A stretch of DNA of 38,660 nucleotides from a virus. A program made the translations under genes and the position numbers. Every line of letters starts with the position of its first letter. Positions within the stretch are counted from its first letter, which is position 1. The notes below the pieces were generated by a model, which ran no database searches, was not told the DNA's origin, and saw only the letters and a program-made list of their open reading frames with translations. Positions 1-9,902 of the stretch are shown piece by piece. The stretch is taken from the IMG/VR virus record IMGVR_UViG_3300028591_002545, positions 1 to 38,660 of that record; one strand, given 5' to 3'.

Positions 1-105
1 CTAATTTATGTGAATCCCTTATCAGCAAGGCGATTGATTTCGATTGTGACGAGTTGATTACCCGTGGCCTTGAGAGTGACGGCATCATCATCAACCGCAG
101 TGACA
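1..105. repeat. Terminal direct repeat identical to 38556-38660 (circular-genome assembly overlap or terminal redundancy)
   Basis: The first 105 nt match the last 105 nt base for base. The ORF starting at ATG 38552 reads in frame through the junction into 3-587. Confidence 0.97.
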
Positions 106-587
106 TCGACTTCTCTGCCACCGTGTTTGACGCCACCAACCCCAACATCATCAAGACTCTCGTCTTGAAGACCGGCAAGGTTGGCTATGATGTGAAGCAG
201 CTGGGCAACACCCCCTTCACTGGCACCCAATCTACCCTTGAGGTAGGCACTTACCGCAACACTTGGACTCACCAAATCCCCATCGTTGTCTTGTCGAACA
301 CCCCCGAAGTGGCCAACAAGATTATCGACGGCCTTTCCAACGGCACCTTCGTTGCGATTCTTCGCAACAAGTTCAAGGGTGAGAACGGTGAGGCCGAGTT
401 CCAGGTCTATGGCTACACCCAGGGCCTTGTTGCAAGCGAGGGAACTAACGAGAAGTACAGCGAGGACACCGATGGCGGTTGGCTCATCACGCTGCAAGAG
501 ACTGGCGCACGTTTGAGTGCAATGTTCTTCTTCAACACCGATGCCACCACTACCGCTGCCGCTTACGAGGCGTTGAAGACTGCCTAA
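3..587 (+). CDS. Virion-module protein encoded directly after the capsid gene (possible major tail/tube protein); true start is ATG 38552 across the circular junction
   Basis: Open frame from base 3 (NLCESLISK...) to TAA 587. The same residues follow ATG 38552 (MANLCESLISK), which is preceded by AAAGGAG. Product is about 195 aa. Function assigned from position and size only. Confidence 0.6.
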   Translation, partial: NLCESLISKAIDFDCDELITRGLESDGIIINRSDIDFSATVFDATNPNIIKTLVLKTGKVGYDVKQLGNTPFTGTQSTLEVGTYRNTWTHQIPIVVLSNTPEVANKIIDGLSNGTFVAILRNKFKGENGEAEFQVYGYTQGLVASEGTNEKYSEDTDGGWLITLQETGARLSAMFFFNTDATTTAAAYEALKTA

Positions 588-593
588 TTCGTT

Positions 594-1067
594 ATGACAT
601 ACGAAGAGGCTCTCACTATCGTGGAAGAGTTAAGGGGGCGAATAAACGCCCCCTTTTCGTTAGAAGACAAGCAGACCATTGCGAGGCTATATCCCGAAAT
701 CACGGGCAGACCATTCCGCAAAACTGCCTGTAAGAGATGTTACCAAGATGCCGTCATTGAGATGGCCGTTAAACTGAGAAAGGAACAAAAGATGAGAGAG
801 AAATGCGATTACCATATGAGGGCGGGTTTCATCATCCGTTGCGGTGATTTTGACGAAGGTCAAATCTATACCAACGCCAACCTCACCAACGATGTTGCCA
901 AGCGTTATCTTGAGCGTTTCCCGCAGAAACGTGTGATGTTTGACCGCATACCCGAAGAAACAGCAGAAATACCCGCAGAGACCGAGGAAAAGCCAAGCGA
1001 GGTAAGTGTTCAACCGCAGGGAGAAACGCCCGTGAAGGCCCCCGCAAAACGTTCTAAGAAGAAATGA
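594..1067 (+). CDS. Hypothetical protein with Pro/Glu/Lys-rich C-terminal tail
   Basis: 157-aa ORF with ATG 6 nt after the upstream stop. Its stop overlaps the next start (ATGA). No recognisable motif. Confidence 0.6.
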   Translation: MTYEEALTIVEELRGRINAPFSLEDKQTIARLYPEITGRPFRKTACKRCYQDAVIEMAVKLRKEQKMREKCDYHMRAGFIIRCGDFDEGQIYTNANLTNDVAKRYLERFPQKRVMFDRIPEETAEIPAETEEKPSEVSVQPQGETPVKAPAKRSKKK

Positions 1068-2218
1068 ACGTCCAGCAGGTGAAACAGGCGGCACCGCGTT
1101 TCGACACGGCCTACCACCAGCGGCTCAACCTTCAGGCATGGGGTAGCGATAACCTCTACCCGCAACACCTGTCGAGGATTGCAGCCGCGAGTGGCACGGC
1201 CGAGCTGTGCCTGTCGCGCTTTTGCAAATTCATCGAGGGCAACGGGTTCATGGACGGCTTGGCCGGGAAGGAATTGAACGAGCAGGGTGACACGGCAGAT
1301 GATATTCTGCACCTCATCGCCCAAGATGTGGCCCGATATTCGGGTTTCGCCCTGCACGTCAACTACAACCTGCTTTGCGAGGTCACCGAGATTCATCATG
1401 TGCCGTTTGAACATTGTAGGTTGGAGGAATGTGACGATGCCGGCCATGTGCAGCACATCATCACCCATCCCGACTGGATAGGAAAGAAAACGAAGAACGG
1501 ACAGCGCATTGCGGTTGACGAGCAGCATGTCGAACACTTCAACGTTTTCAATCCGAACCATGAGGCCATTCGTGAACAAATCATGATGGCTGGCGGAATT
1601 GACTGCTACAACGGACAAATCCTTTGGTGTTCGATGGCGGGCAGAAACATCTACCCGACACCCATCTACGATGCTGTGATTTCCGACATGAGTACTGAGG
1701 AGGGCCTTGGTAATATCAAGAACCGAAATGCCCGCAACAACTTCTTGACATCGGCCATGCTCATCACCAAGCGTGGTGTTCCCAAGTTCGACCAGGACGG
1801 CAACGACATCAGCTCACCGACCATCACCCCTGAAGACTTGGCAGCGTTCCAGGGTGATGAGCGGGTTGGAAAACTGCTGCTTGTCGAATTGGAGAATGAC
1901 GAAGACAAACCCGAAGTCGTGCCGTTCACCGCAAACAACTACGACAAGGACTTCACCGCCACCGATGCATCAGTTATTGAGAGGATTTATGCGCAGTTCC
2001 ATCAGGAATTGTTCTATGCAATCCGCATCGGGAAACTTGGCTTCAGCGGTGACGTGATGGCCGATGCCTACACCTACTATGCGGGTGAGGTGACCATCGA
2101 ACAACGGTTCATATCTCGCGGCTTGTCACAGGTGCTTGCCGTTTGGCATGAGCCGATTTTGCGCAATGCAGACACAACGATTTTGAAAATCCAATATGCA
2201 GGGATGACCAATGTATAA
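1064..2218 (+). CDS. Putative portal protein
   Basis: 384-aa acidic ORF in the head/virion block, coupled to both neighbours. It is the only remaining candidate of portal-like size and composition. The assignment is positional and not verified. Confidence 0.4.
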   Translation: MNVQQVKQAAPRFDTAYHQRLNLQAWGSDNLYPQHLSRIAAASGTAELCLSRFCKFIEGNGFMDGLAGKELNEQGDTADDILHLIAQDVARYSGFALHVNYNLLCEVTEIHHVPFEHCRLEECDDAGHVQHIITHPDWIGKKTKNGQRIAVDEQHVEHFNVFNPNHEAIREQIMMAGGIDCYNGQILWCSMAGRNIYPTPIYDAVISDMSTEEGLGNIKNRNARNNFLTSAMLITKRGVPKFDQDGNDISSPTITPEDLAAFQGDERVGKLLLVELENDEDKPEVVPFTANNYDKDFTATDASVIERIYAQFHQELFYAIRIGKLGFSGDVMADAYTYYAGEVTIEQRFISRGLSQVLAVWHEPILRNADTTILKIQYAGMTNV

Positions 2219-2777
2219 CGAGAAAAGACAACTGCTTATCTGGCCCGAACAATTTCGGGAACTTGCGCGTCCCGTCAGCATCCACACCGATGAGGACGAG
2301 ATAGCGCAGTTCATCCGCGAGTGCGAGGATGTGTACATCATCCCCGCAATAGGCTGGCCGACCATGAAGCTGGCCACGATGACCGACCCGTGCGCTGCCG
2401 ACTGGTCAACCATCTACGATGATGACTTTGACGCTGCCGTCATGTTGGATGGCGGTGAGTACAACCCCGGTAACGGGTGCGGGTGCGGCACTGATGGTGA
2501 GATGCGTTACTGCAACGGCTTGCGCAAGGCATTGGCCTACTTCGTATATGCGAAGATGCTGCGCAATGACGGAAACATCATCGCCCGTGCCGGTTCCATG
2601 CAGCACCAAGACCAATATGCTTACCATACCAACGATGGTGAGTTGAAGCGATATGATGACACGATGACCATTGCCGAGAAATATCTTGGCGAGTGCCTTG
2701 AGTATGCCAACCTTCACAATTCAAGCAGAAAATCGGCACGTCAAACGCGGTGCCGAGTGATAGCAGTAGGGGATTAA
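2211..2777 (+). CDS. Hypothetical virion-module protein
   Basis: 188-aa ORF overlapping the upstream gene by 8 nt. Contains the Gly/Cys cluster GNGCGCGTDGEMRYCNG. Confidence 0.55.
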   Translation: MYNEKRQLLIWPEQFRELARPVSIHTDEDEIAQFIRECEDVYIIPAIGWPTMKLATMTDPCAADWSTIYDDDFDAAVMLDGGEYNPGNGCGCGTDGEMRYCNGLRKALAYFVYAKMLRNDGNIIARAGSMQHQDQYAYHTNDGELKRYDDTMTIAEKYLGECLEYANLHNSSRKSARQTRCRVIAVGD

Positions 2778-2780
2778 GTT

Positions 2781-3329
2781 ATGGGAAAGACAAAGATTTT
2801 ACACACGCAAGGAAACCAAATCACTATCGGGTTTCCTGTTACCGAAGTCTATGCAGACCTCATCAACGGAAACCTTGACATCAACAACAACGACAACCTT
2901 CTTGGTGACACTTGGGTAGTATTGAGGCGTGGCTTGCTTGTGCGTCAGTACAGGGCCAGCGTGTCATTCAACTATGTGCATTTTACTGACATGGGACACC
3001 TTCCGTGCGGTGAGTATGACATTGAGGTGTACTACGATAGCCGTGATGAGGGACACCGCATGCGCCTCAAACATGAGAAAATCCTGTGTGTCGTGGATAC
3101 TACTGACGAAGGGCAGATCTATGACAGCACCGACTATGACGTGACCACTTACTACCCCGTCATTCAAGGCCGAGCATCTGCCGTGATTATCGGCAGCGAC
3201 TATGTGGCACTTGTGGCCGGGAACGGCCTCAACGCTGACATCAGCGAGAATTCCGTTAACCTCCGTGCAGGTTATGGGGATTCTACTATCGACATTGGCA
3301 ACAACAACGTTAATATACGGATTCAATAA
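2781..3329 (+). CDS. Hypothetical virion-module protein
   Basis: 182-aa ORF immediately upstream of the fibre gene. No motif recognised. Confidence 0.55.
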   Translation: MGKTKILHTQGNQITIGFPVTEVYADLINGNLDINNNDNLLGDTWVVLRRGLLVRQYRASVSFNYVHFTDMGHLPCGEYDIEVYYDSRDEGHRMRLKHEKILCVVDTTDEGQIYDSTDYDVTTYYPVIQGRASAVIIGSDYVALVAGNGLNADISENSVNLRAGYGDSTIDIGNNNVNIRIQ

Positions 3330-3330
3330 T

Positions 3331-5589
3331 ATGGCAATCGACAAAAAACTACGGATATTTGATGCCCAAGGCAATGAGCAAGACTATGACATCATGGCAA
3401 CTGATGTCAAGTTCTTACCCAATGGAGATGACTTGCCCACCAAGCTGGCCGAGATGGAACAGGAAATCGGCGAGGCCGGGCAGGTCAATGAAATCATCAT
3501 GAACGGCCAAACCTATAAACCCACCAACAAGGTCATTGACCTTGGCGCGGTGGTCGGCGAACAAGGCCCGCAAGGTGAGCAAGGCCCCCAGGGCGAACAA
3601 GGCCCGCAAGGCCCGCAGGGAGTTCAAGGTGTGCAGGGTGTTCAAGGCCCTCAAGGAGAAACAGGTGCGACAGGCCCACAAGGTGAGACGGGAGCCACTG
3701 GCCCTGCCGGGCCAATCGGCCCGCAAGGCCCTACTGGCAACGTGCAGGTTGACGGCAACGGCAATGTGCTTATCGTCAACAACCTTGAAGACGGCGGCCC
3801 AGGTGCTGCACTTTCTGCCGAAATGGGCAGGCGGCTGGCCTTGATGTCGGGAACTTTCGCTCAGGCATGGGCGAGGTCTAAAGCCATTCCTTTTCCATTC
3901 TGCTTCATTTGGAATGAGACCATTGACGGTGATGCCATCAGCAAACCGATTTGGCACAAGGGTAACTCGGTCTTCATTGATGCAGCAGGTGCCATTGTTA
4001 ATGTCGATGCCGCATCCGTTCCAAATGCGCCCACAATCACGGGAGCGACAAGCGGCTCAACCGTGCCCAAGAACACGCAGTTCACCATCACCCCTGCAAG
4101 CGGCAGTGCGTTGTACTATTCACTTGACGGAGGAACAACATTCAATGTCAGCGATGCCGCAGTCACGATTAAACTTGGAACCGCTGGCAGCGTGAGCATC
4201 GTTGCCTATTGTGCCAACAATAAAGGCAATTCGGACAATGCCACATTGAGTGTCACCGTAGCAGGTACGGCAGTGCCGTCAATGGCTGCAAGCGGTTCAG
4301 TGGCAAGAGGCTCATCGGTAACGGTGAGTGTACCAACTGGCGGTGAATTACACTACAAGGTGGATAACGGCTCATGGACTACCGCAAGCGGCACATCGGT
4401 AAATATACCGATTACAAGCACCGACTCAGAGAATCCCACCGTTATTCAAGCCTATAACGTGGAGGATGGTGACCAGAGCAACACCATCACAAGGGAATAT
4501 TACATGGCCGCTCTTGCTGCACCTACATTCAACCATCCCACTGGCACTGAGTTCCCGATTGGTGGCGGCTCGGTAGAACTGACTGGCCCTGCTGGTGCAA
4601 CTATGTATTACACCACCGACGGCAGCACACCCACCGACCAAAGCACTCAGTACACTGGTGCTATTGCGGTAACTTCGTCAATGACCATCAAGGCGGTTGC
4701 AAAGGACAACTATGGTTACAGTGAAGTCAAAACGGCATCGTACACGGTTGCCGTTGACCACAAGTTCCAGTTCAAGATTAAACTGACTGGCAACGACTCA
4801 ACCGAGTATGTGCCTATGAATGGTAATTTAGGTGCAAAATACAATATCGTCGTTGATTGGGGTGATGGCAATACGACAAATTATAATGATGATGGCAATG
4901 ATAAGAACGGCGCACAAAAGGCGTGTGGGCACACTTACAATGGCAGTGCAGGTGACGAGTTCACCATCACCATCCGAGGAAGCAGGTGTGACAGGTTGAT
5001 TTTTGGTGACAGTAACTGCTGCAACCCCGCTGCACTTGTCGCTATCCTCGACAACTCGCTTGAGTGTGACATCTTCATCAATGATGACAGTGACAATACC
5101 AAAAAAGGCTTCGGCCCGAATCTTGCAAGCATCTGCGCCAATGCGTTACACAACAACACCAATCCAGAAGTCACATTCAAAAATACTGCGCTCACATCGC
5201 TTCCCGATGACTTGTTAAGCCACTTAACCAAGAGCGGTGTAGCATTGACTTCATGTGCCCAGATGTTCTACGGCACATCCATCGTTCTTACGGCAGATCA
5301 ACTTGACGAACTAAAAGCGGTTATCGGTTCGGTGACTTTGTTCAATACGATGTTCTTCCAATTCCAAGGCACTGCCGCATTGCCCGATGATTTCTTTGAC
5401 CTTGTGGCTGCTGGTAGTGTTACAAGGTGCAACAACATGACTGCACAAGCGGGTAGCGGGTTGACTGGCGATGCCAAGGCATTGTATGATGTCCTTGCAA
5501 CAAAGGTCACTGGTTCGGCCACTACTTCTGGATGCTTCGCTGGAGGCAACTTTGAAAATGTTTCACAAGTTCCAAGCGGCTGGAAATAA
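3331..5589 (+). CDS. Tail fibre with collagen-like stalk and repeated Ig-like modules
   Basis: ATG 3331 lies 2 nt after the upstream stop (the track ORF from 3202 overlaps the previous gene). Contains 20 uninterrupted Gly-X-Y triplets and three related modules with ALYYSLDGG / ELHYKVDNG / [11 protein letters not shown] motifs, as in chitobiase-C/Ig-like domains. The C-terminus is divergent. Confidence 0.8.
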   Translation: MAIDKKLRIFDAQGNEQDYDIMATDVKFLPNGDDLPTKLAEMEQEIGEAGQVNEIIMNGQTYKPTNKVIDLGAVVGEQGPQGEQGPQGEQGPQGPQGVQGVQGVQGPQGETGATGPQGETGATGPAGPIGPQGPTGNVQVDGNGNVLIVNNLEDGGPGAALSAEMGRRLALMSGTFAQAWARSKAIPFPFCFIWNETIDGDAISKPIWHKGNSVFIDAAGAIVNVDAASVPNAPTITGATSGSTVPKNTQFTITPASGSALYYSLDGGTTFNVSDAAVTIKLGTAGSVSIVAYCANNKGNSDNATLSVTVAGTAVPSMAASGSVARGSSVTVSVPTGGELHYKVDNGSWTTASGTSVNIPITSTDSENPTVIQAYNVEDGDQSNTITREYYMAALAAPTFNHPTGTEFPIGGGSVELTGPAGATMYYTTDGSTPTDQSTQYTGAIAVTSSMTIKAVAKDNYGYSEVKTASYTVAVDHKFQFKIKLTGNDSTEYVPMNGNLGAKYNIVVDWGDGNTTNYNDDGNDKNGAQKACGHTYNGSAGDEFTITIRGSRCDRLIFGDSNCCNPAALVAILDNSLECDIFINDDSDNTKKGFGPNLASICANALHNNTNPEVTFKNTALTSLPDDLLSHLTKSGVALTSCAQMFYGTSIVLTADQLDELKAVIGSVTLFNTMFFQFQGTAALPDDFFDLVAAGSVTRCNNMTAQAGSGLTGDAKALYDVLATKVTGSATTSGCFAGGNFENVSQVPSGWK
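3556..3738 (+). repeat. Collagen-like Gly-X-Y coding repeat
   Basis: [61 protein letters not shown] read directly from the fibre reading frame. Confidence 0.9.
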
Positions 5590-8153
5590 TGGCAAACGGA
5601 ATCGAAATATCCAACGGCACTATCCGCACCCTGTCGCTTGACGGGGTCGCGGTTGCCGAGGGTGGAAACTTGAATAGGGCAGGTTTGTATGTCATAGGCA
5701 ACAAACTCTACCTTGACGGGGCGGTGATTGCCGAGTCCAACAATGCCCTCGGTCTTATCCGCAAGGCTGACGGCTTGTACTATGGCGATGTGCAGGTGGG
5801 AACGGATATTCCCGAACCGCCTACACCACCATCGGCAGGGTTGTGGTTGCCGCCAACACAAGAGGCTTCAACCTACAACAAGTACAACTACGAAACGCTG
5901 ATAGATGCCTACGATGACTTGAAGGACAATTCAAGTTATACAGGTACTATTACCAAGACGAGGTATAGCGAGGACGGCTATGGCGATTATCCGCTATGGC
6001 ACTATGAGTTTACTCCCGCCAACTACACCAAGACGTTCTATGTGCAGGCTTGCATTCACGGAAACGAGAAGGACGCACCGCAGACAATACTGCGTATCTT
6101 CAACATCATCTGCAACCATTGCAACGAGTCGGCTTATTCAAGGTTGAGGCCGCTGCGTGACAATGTGAGATTTATCGTTGTGCCTTGCGTCAATCCTTGG
6201 GGATTTGACAACGCAAAAATGAATGTGCCTTGGACTGACTGGAACGGGGTATTCCACGATATTGACAAAGCAGGCGGCTATGGCATGAATATGAACCGCA
6301 ACTTCGACTTCATTCACAAATATGGTATTGACGGAACTGGTTGTGCTGGCAACTATCCATTCCAGCGCAGCGAGGTGCGTCATGTCAAGAGCATCATCGA
6401 AGGTATCGGTGTGCAAAACATTGACTATTTGTTCGACAACCATGATGGAGGTGATGTGAAAAAGCATTTCTGGTTCAATTACAACATGGATGGGCCGAAT
6501 GCGGAAATGGCTCGGAAACTGCTTGCCGACCTTATCGAATATGAGGACACGCTGATTGCGAATGGAGGAACCGACTACCGCAGACCAATGTCTTATGTAA
6601 TCAAGGCTGGTGATACGGCTCTTGATTACACTAATCCGTCATTCGACCACCATGTCAAGAAACTCTTGCAGGTGGCCGTATCAACTCAAGAAATCGCTGA
6701 CCTTATCAATGCCAACGGAATCACGTTCACTGGTAGCACTTACCTGCTGCATAACGTGGTTAAGAGTTCTAATGGGACTGATACCGAAATAAGGAGTGAT
6801 AGGTCAACCTACATCCTTGCGGAAGATACCCCATCGGTAACTATTACATCTTATAAGGTAAATGATGTTGACACACCGCTTGTTGTGGCCGTTGGTGACA
6901 CTATCAAAGCAATCGTGACTCCTCAAGCCGATAGCGAGGGATGGGTGCATCCGAATGTCGCAGACTCAAGCGGATATAGCACTGGCACCACTTCAGCATG
7001 GGCAAACTCTACGCTTGGTATTCCCGCATCGGGGCCTGAGTACATCGGTGGTTACTTCGGCTACTCATTCAACTCAGAGCAGATGACCCGCTCATTGCGT
7101 ATCCGTGCGAACCTGCTTATATATGCTTATGAACTGCTCGACACGAAGGGTTGGCTGGTCAATGAAGATGGTGACTACTTCCACTTCGACTACCCGATTG
7201 CGATGACACGTCAAGGTCTGCGAAAGGATGGTGTGACGAGTGCGAATGACAACCAAATCGTGTCGATTAATGATGTCTATGACCGCTGGGATGCGCTTGT
7301 AGAGAACTACCCGACCTATGTAAGCAAGTCTGCCAAGTTGGGCGAGAACTCAAGCGGTGACAGCATCTATTCATATACGCTTGGAAACGGCAACAAGAAG
7401 GTGTTGTTACTTGGTGGCTCAATGCGATATGCGGTTGACAACAAGATTACCGAGTTCGGCATGTATGTACTGGCTGAATACTTGTGCAACAACTACGTCG
7501 TTGCGCAATCATCGTTCCTGCAAACGCTCAAGCAGGATTACACGATTGTTGTGCTGCCGTGTATTGATTTCATTCCTGGCCATCATACTACTGGCAACTA
7601 TGAGCGCAGCCTCAATAATAGTTATTCGAGTTATGCCAAATGGCAAATATCCAACGACAAGTGCGTACCTACCACTTATGGTAATGGAGCCGCAGATGTT
7701 GGCATCTTTATGGATTGGTTAGAAGCCAATGATGATGCCGTTGCGCTTATAAGCGGTGGCGAATTGAAAACTACGGCTTCAGCGGTGGGCAAACCAGACT
7801 ACTCAACCGAGTATATGACGCAGGTAATAATCCCGAAAAACCTCATAGAACCAGATTGGCTGACGGACTACTGCAACCACATTGAGGATGATAGGGGCGA
7901 GGATAAACCAGATGTTGAGAACACAGCAGGTGCAACGTGTGGTGACTATGCTTTCGACAACTACGACATCCCCACGTTTTTCATCAACCTCAACGTGTCG
8001 CAAATGTGGGATGAGCGAAAGCAGTATGCACAACCCCAAGACTCAGCAGACAGGTATATGTATCGCAATTACGAGACTGGTAGAAGAATCGCTAACATCG
8101 TCAACTTCATCCTGATGGCTGGAGGTGACATTTCAAACAACAATAACGACTGA
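5589..8153 (+). CDS. Tail-associated protein with M14 zinc-carboxypeptidase domain and a second, degenerate M14-like domain
   Basis: TAATG overlap with the fibre gene and a fibre-like N-terminus. M14-type motifs: CIHGNEKDAP (HxxE), VPCVNPWGF, MNMNRNFDF, FDNHDGG. The C-terminal segment KKVLLLGGSMRYAVDNKITEFG resembles the fold but lacks HxxE. Confidence 0.7.
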   Translation: MANGIEISNGTIRTLSLDGVAVAEGGNLNRAGLYVIGNKLYLDGAVIAESNNALGLIRKADGLYYGDVQVGTDIPEPPTPPSAGLWLPPTQEASTYNKYNYETLIDAYDDLKDNSSYTGTITKTRYSEDGYGDYPLWHYEFTPANYTKTFYVQACIHGNEKDAPQTILRIFNIICNHCNESAYSRLRPLRDNVRFIVVPCVNPWGFDNAKMNVPWTDWNGVFHDIDKAGGYGMNMNRNFDFIHKYGIDGTGCAGNYPFQRSEVRHVKSIIEGIGVQNIDYLFDNHDGGDVKKHFWFNYNMDGPNAEMARKLLADLIEYEDTLIANGGTDYRRPMSYVIKAGDTALDYTNPSFDHHVKKLLQVAVSTQEIADLINANGITFTGSTYLLHNVVKSSNGTDTEIRSDRSTYILAEDTPSVTITSYKVNDVDTPLVVAVGDTIKAIVTPQADSEGWVHPNVADSSGYSTGTTSAWANSTLGIPASGPEYIGGYFGYSFNSEQMTRSLRIRANLLIYAYELLDTKGWLVNEDGDYFHFDYPIAMTRQGLRKDGVTSANDNQIVSINDVYDRWDALVENYPTYVSKSAKLGENSSGDSIYSYTLGNGNKKVLLLGGSMRYAVDNKITEFGMYVLAEYLCNNYVVAQSSFLQTLKQDYTIVVLPCIDFIPGHHTTGNYERSLNNSYSSYAKWQISNDKCVPTTYGNGAADVGIFMDWLEANDDAVALISGGELKTTASAVGKPDYSTEYMTQVIIPKNLIEPDWLTDYCNHIEDDRGEDKPDVENTAGATCGDYAFDNYDIPTFFINLNVSQMWDERKQYAQPQDSADRYMYRNYETGRRIANIVNFILMAGGDISNNNND

Positions 8154-8155
8154 TT

Positions 8156-8416
8156 ATGAACGACAAGAAATTGCACATCATCGCAGGGTTTGTCATCGCA
8201 TTGGCGGTGGCCCTGCCCGCCTACCTTGAGAGTTTGAACTTGTTCGCTGGCCTTTGGCCTGCATTGACAAGCGGCATTATTGTAGCCAGCATCAAGGAGT
8301 ATTACGACTACCGAACCGAGGGCAACACTTGGGATTGGTGGGATTGGGGATGCACGGTCATTGGTGCGGCTATCGTGGCGGTGTTCATCATCTGCCTACA
8401 CTACGGAAAGGGTTAG
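8156..8416 (+). CDS. Small membrane protein (three hydrophobic segments), holin-like by position
   Basis: 86-aa ORF at the head of the lysis block. Hydrophobic stretches: IIAGFVIALAVALPAY, LWPALTSGIIVASI, TVIGAAIVAVFIICL. Confidence 0.55.
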   Translation: MNDKKLHIIAGFVIALAVALPAYLESLNLFAGLWPALTSGIIVASIKEYYDYRTEGNTWDWWDWGCTVIGAAIVAVFIICLHYGKG

Positions 8417-8419
8417 ACT

Positions 8420-8890
8420 ATGGGCAACTACACGCATATCATTCAAGGCTTGCCAGTGATGTACCTCATCGTGGTGGTTTCCATGTGCGTGGTAATAGGT
8501 GCCATGTGCATGGATGCCATGTTCGGTTGGCGCAAGGCCAAACTGAGGGGCGAGGCACGGACAAGTTACTTGTTCAGCAGGTCAATAACCAAGTTCGCCC
8601 TTTACGAAGGGGTGCTTTTCATCAGTGCTGGCATAGACACGCTCATTCATTTCGTGTGGGCGCAGTTTTCGACCACATCCATCCATTGTGTGCCGCTGGC
8701 CTCAATCCTTGTGGCTATCACATTGTGCATCGTGGAGATATGGAGCATGAGAGAAAAAGCCGAGGAAAAAACCCGTAGCAATTTCAACCATGCCATCAAG
8801 GTTGTGGCTGATGTGTTGCAGAAGGAGCAGGCGGTGGAAATCGCAAAGCACATCATTGACAAGGCTGCTGAGAACGACCAACAAGAATGA
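8420..8890 (+). CDS. Putative holin (phage_holin_4-like multi-TM protein)
   Basis: 156 aa with about 4 TM segments, the pattern MDAMFGWRKAKL...SRSITKFALY, and a charged C-terminal tail. Lies upstream of the endolysin. Confidence 0.6.
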   Translation: MGNYTHIIQGLPVMYLIVVVSMCVVIGAMCMDAMFGWRKAKLRGEARTSYLFSRSITKFALYEGVLFISAGIDTLIHFVWAQFSTTSIHCVPLASILVAITLCIVEIWSMREKAEEKTRSNFNHAIKVVADVLQKEQAVEIAKHIIDKAAENDQQE

Positions 8891-9774
8891 TAACTTTATT
8901 TCTAACATTAATAATGCTTACTACTATGAGCGAAGAAAAGAACAAACCGACACCCGCAGAGGTAGTCGATGCGGTATTAGCAAAGAGCGAAGACAAGCAG
9001 TTTGACGTGAATGGCGACGGCAAGGTAGACATCAAGGATGTGACTGCCGCCATTGAACATCAGTTGGAGGAGCATCAGTCATCGCACTCCAACGAGTTCA
9101 ATGTTAACTGTGTCAAGTTTTCCGTTGTCAAGGTGGAGGGCGGCACGTTCCTCATGGGTGCAGCCAGAACCGATGGGTTCTCATCCACCATCGAGAAGCC
9201 CCAGCATGAAGTCACCGTTGACTCGTTTCGCATTGCCAAGACTCCCGTCACGCAGGGCTTGTGGATTGCGGTTATGGGAACTAATCCCAGCCTCCACAAA
9301 GGAGACCAGATGTTACCCATCGAAAATGTGTCGTGGGAAGATGTACAAGTATTCATCAACCGCTTGAATGTCATTACTGGCAAGAACTTCCGTCTGCCTA
9401 CCGAGGCCGAGTGGGAGTATGCGGCAAGGGGCGGAAACAAGGACGATGACGGTCACTTCTCAGGCGGCGCACTTGACGATGTGGCTTGGTGCGCAGGTAA
9501 TAGCGGCAACCAAACGCATCCAGTTGCAACGAAGCAACCAAACGAGTTGGGCATCTATGACATGAGCGGCAATGTGGACGAGTGGGTGAGCGACTGGTAT
9601 TCTGCCTACACCGCAGTTCACCAAGACAACCCGACTGGCCCTGCAAGCGGAACGCTCAAAGTCTTCCGAGGCGGCAACTTCGCCAATGTTGGCAAGCAGT
9701 GCCGCGTCAACTACAGGTACATGGCCGATCCGTCCAAGAAGGCAGGCACAAGAGGGTTCAGGTTGGCGTTGTAG
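8887..9774 (+). CDS. FGE-sulfatase (SUMF1) / C-type-lectin-fold domain protein with an N-terminal dockerin/EF-hand-like repeat
   Basis: Motifs FLMGA...QHEVTVDSFRIAKTPVTQGLW, VSWEDVQVFINRLN, FRLPTEAEWEYAARGG, GNVDEWVSDWY, RGGNF and GFRLAL. The N-terminal part carries DVNGDGKVDIKDVTAAI. Confidence 0.75.
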   Translation: MITLFLTLIMLTTMSEEKNKPTPAEVVDAVLAKSEDKQFDVNGDGKVDIKDVTAAIEHQLEEHQSSHSNEFNVNCVKFSVVKVEGGTFLMGAARTDGFSSTIEKPQHEVTVDSFRIAKTPVTQGLWIAVMGTNPSLHKGDQMLPIENVSWEDVQVFINRLNVITGKNFRLPTEAEWEYAARGGNKDDDGHFSGGALDDVAWCAGNSGNQTHPVATKQPNELGIYDMSGNVDEWVSDWYSAYTAVHQDNPTGPASGTLKVFRGGNFANVGKQCRVNYRYMADPSKKAGTRGFRLAL

Positions 9775-9783
9775 GCTTTCCAG

Positions 9784-9868
9784 TGTTTAAAGAACTTGAA
9801 ATAAAAAGCCACCCCGAAGGATGGCTGAACCCTGCAAGAAAGCAAGGCGTTTGATGTTCTTTTAAACA
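9784..9868. other. 85-nt inverted-repeat element in the gap before the endolysin gene
   Basis: TGTTTAAAGAAC (9784-9795) pairs with GTTCTTTTAAACA (9856-9868) with one bulge. It encloses the hairpin AGCCAcCC-CGAA-GGaTGGCT. The A-run precedes that hairpin, so any terminator polarity is minus-strand. Confidence 0.4.
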
Positions 9869-9902
9869 TTGCAAAGATAACGATAAATATTGAATTGACA
9901 AT

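Noticed and set aside
6-497. 163-aa minus-strand ORF antisense to the first gene; similar long antisense ORFs include 5298..5861, 12017..12397, 25530..26165, 27513..28157, 33745..34248 and 34164..34745
   Set aside because: All lie entirely inside stronger + strand genes with recognisable motifs or coupling. They have no start context and have Ala/Arg/Val/Gly- or Ser/Cys-rich compositions typical of antisense frames.
3202-3330. Upstream extension of the fibre ORF (track start 3202)
   Set aside because: It overlaps the preceding gene by 128 nt. ATG 3331 sits 2 nt after that gene's stop and begins a sensible N-terminus ([10 protein letters not shown]).
8887-9774. Diversity-generating retroelement targeting the C-type-lectin-fold gene
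   Set aside because: No reverse-transcriptase ORF exists in any frame of the window. I found no second (template) copy of the 3' end of the gene.
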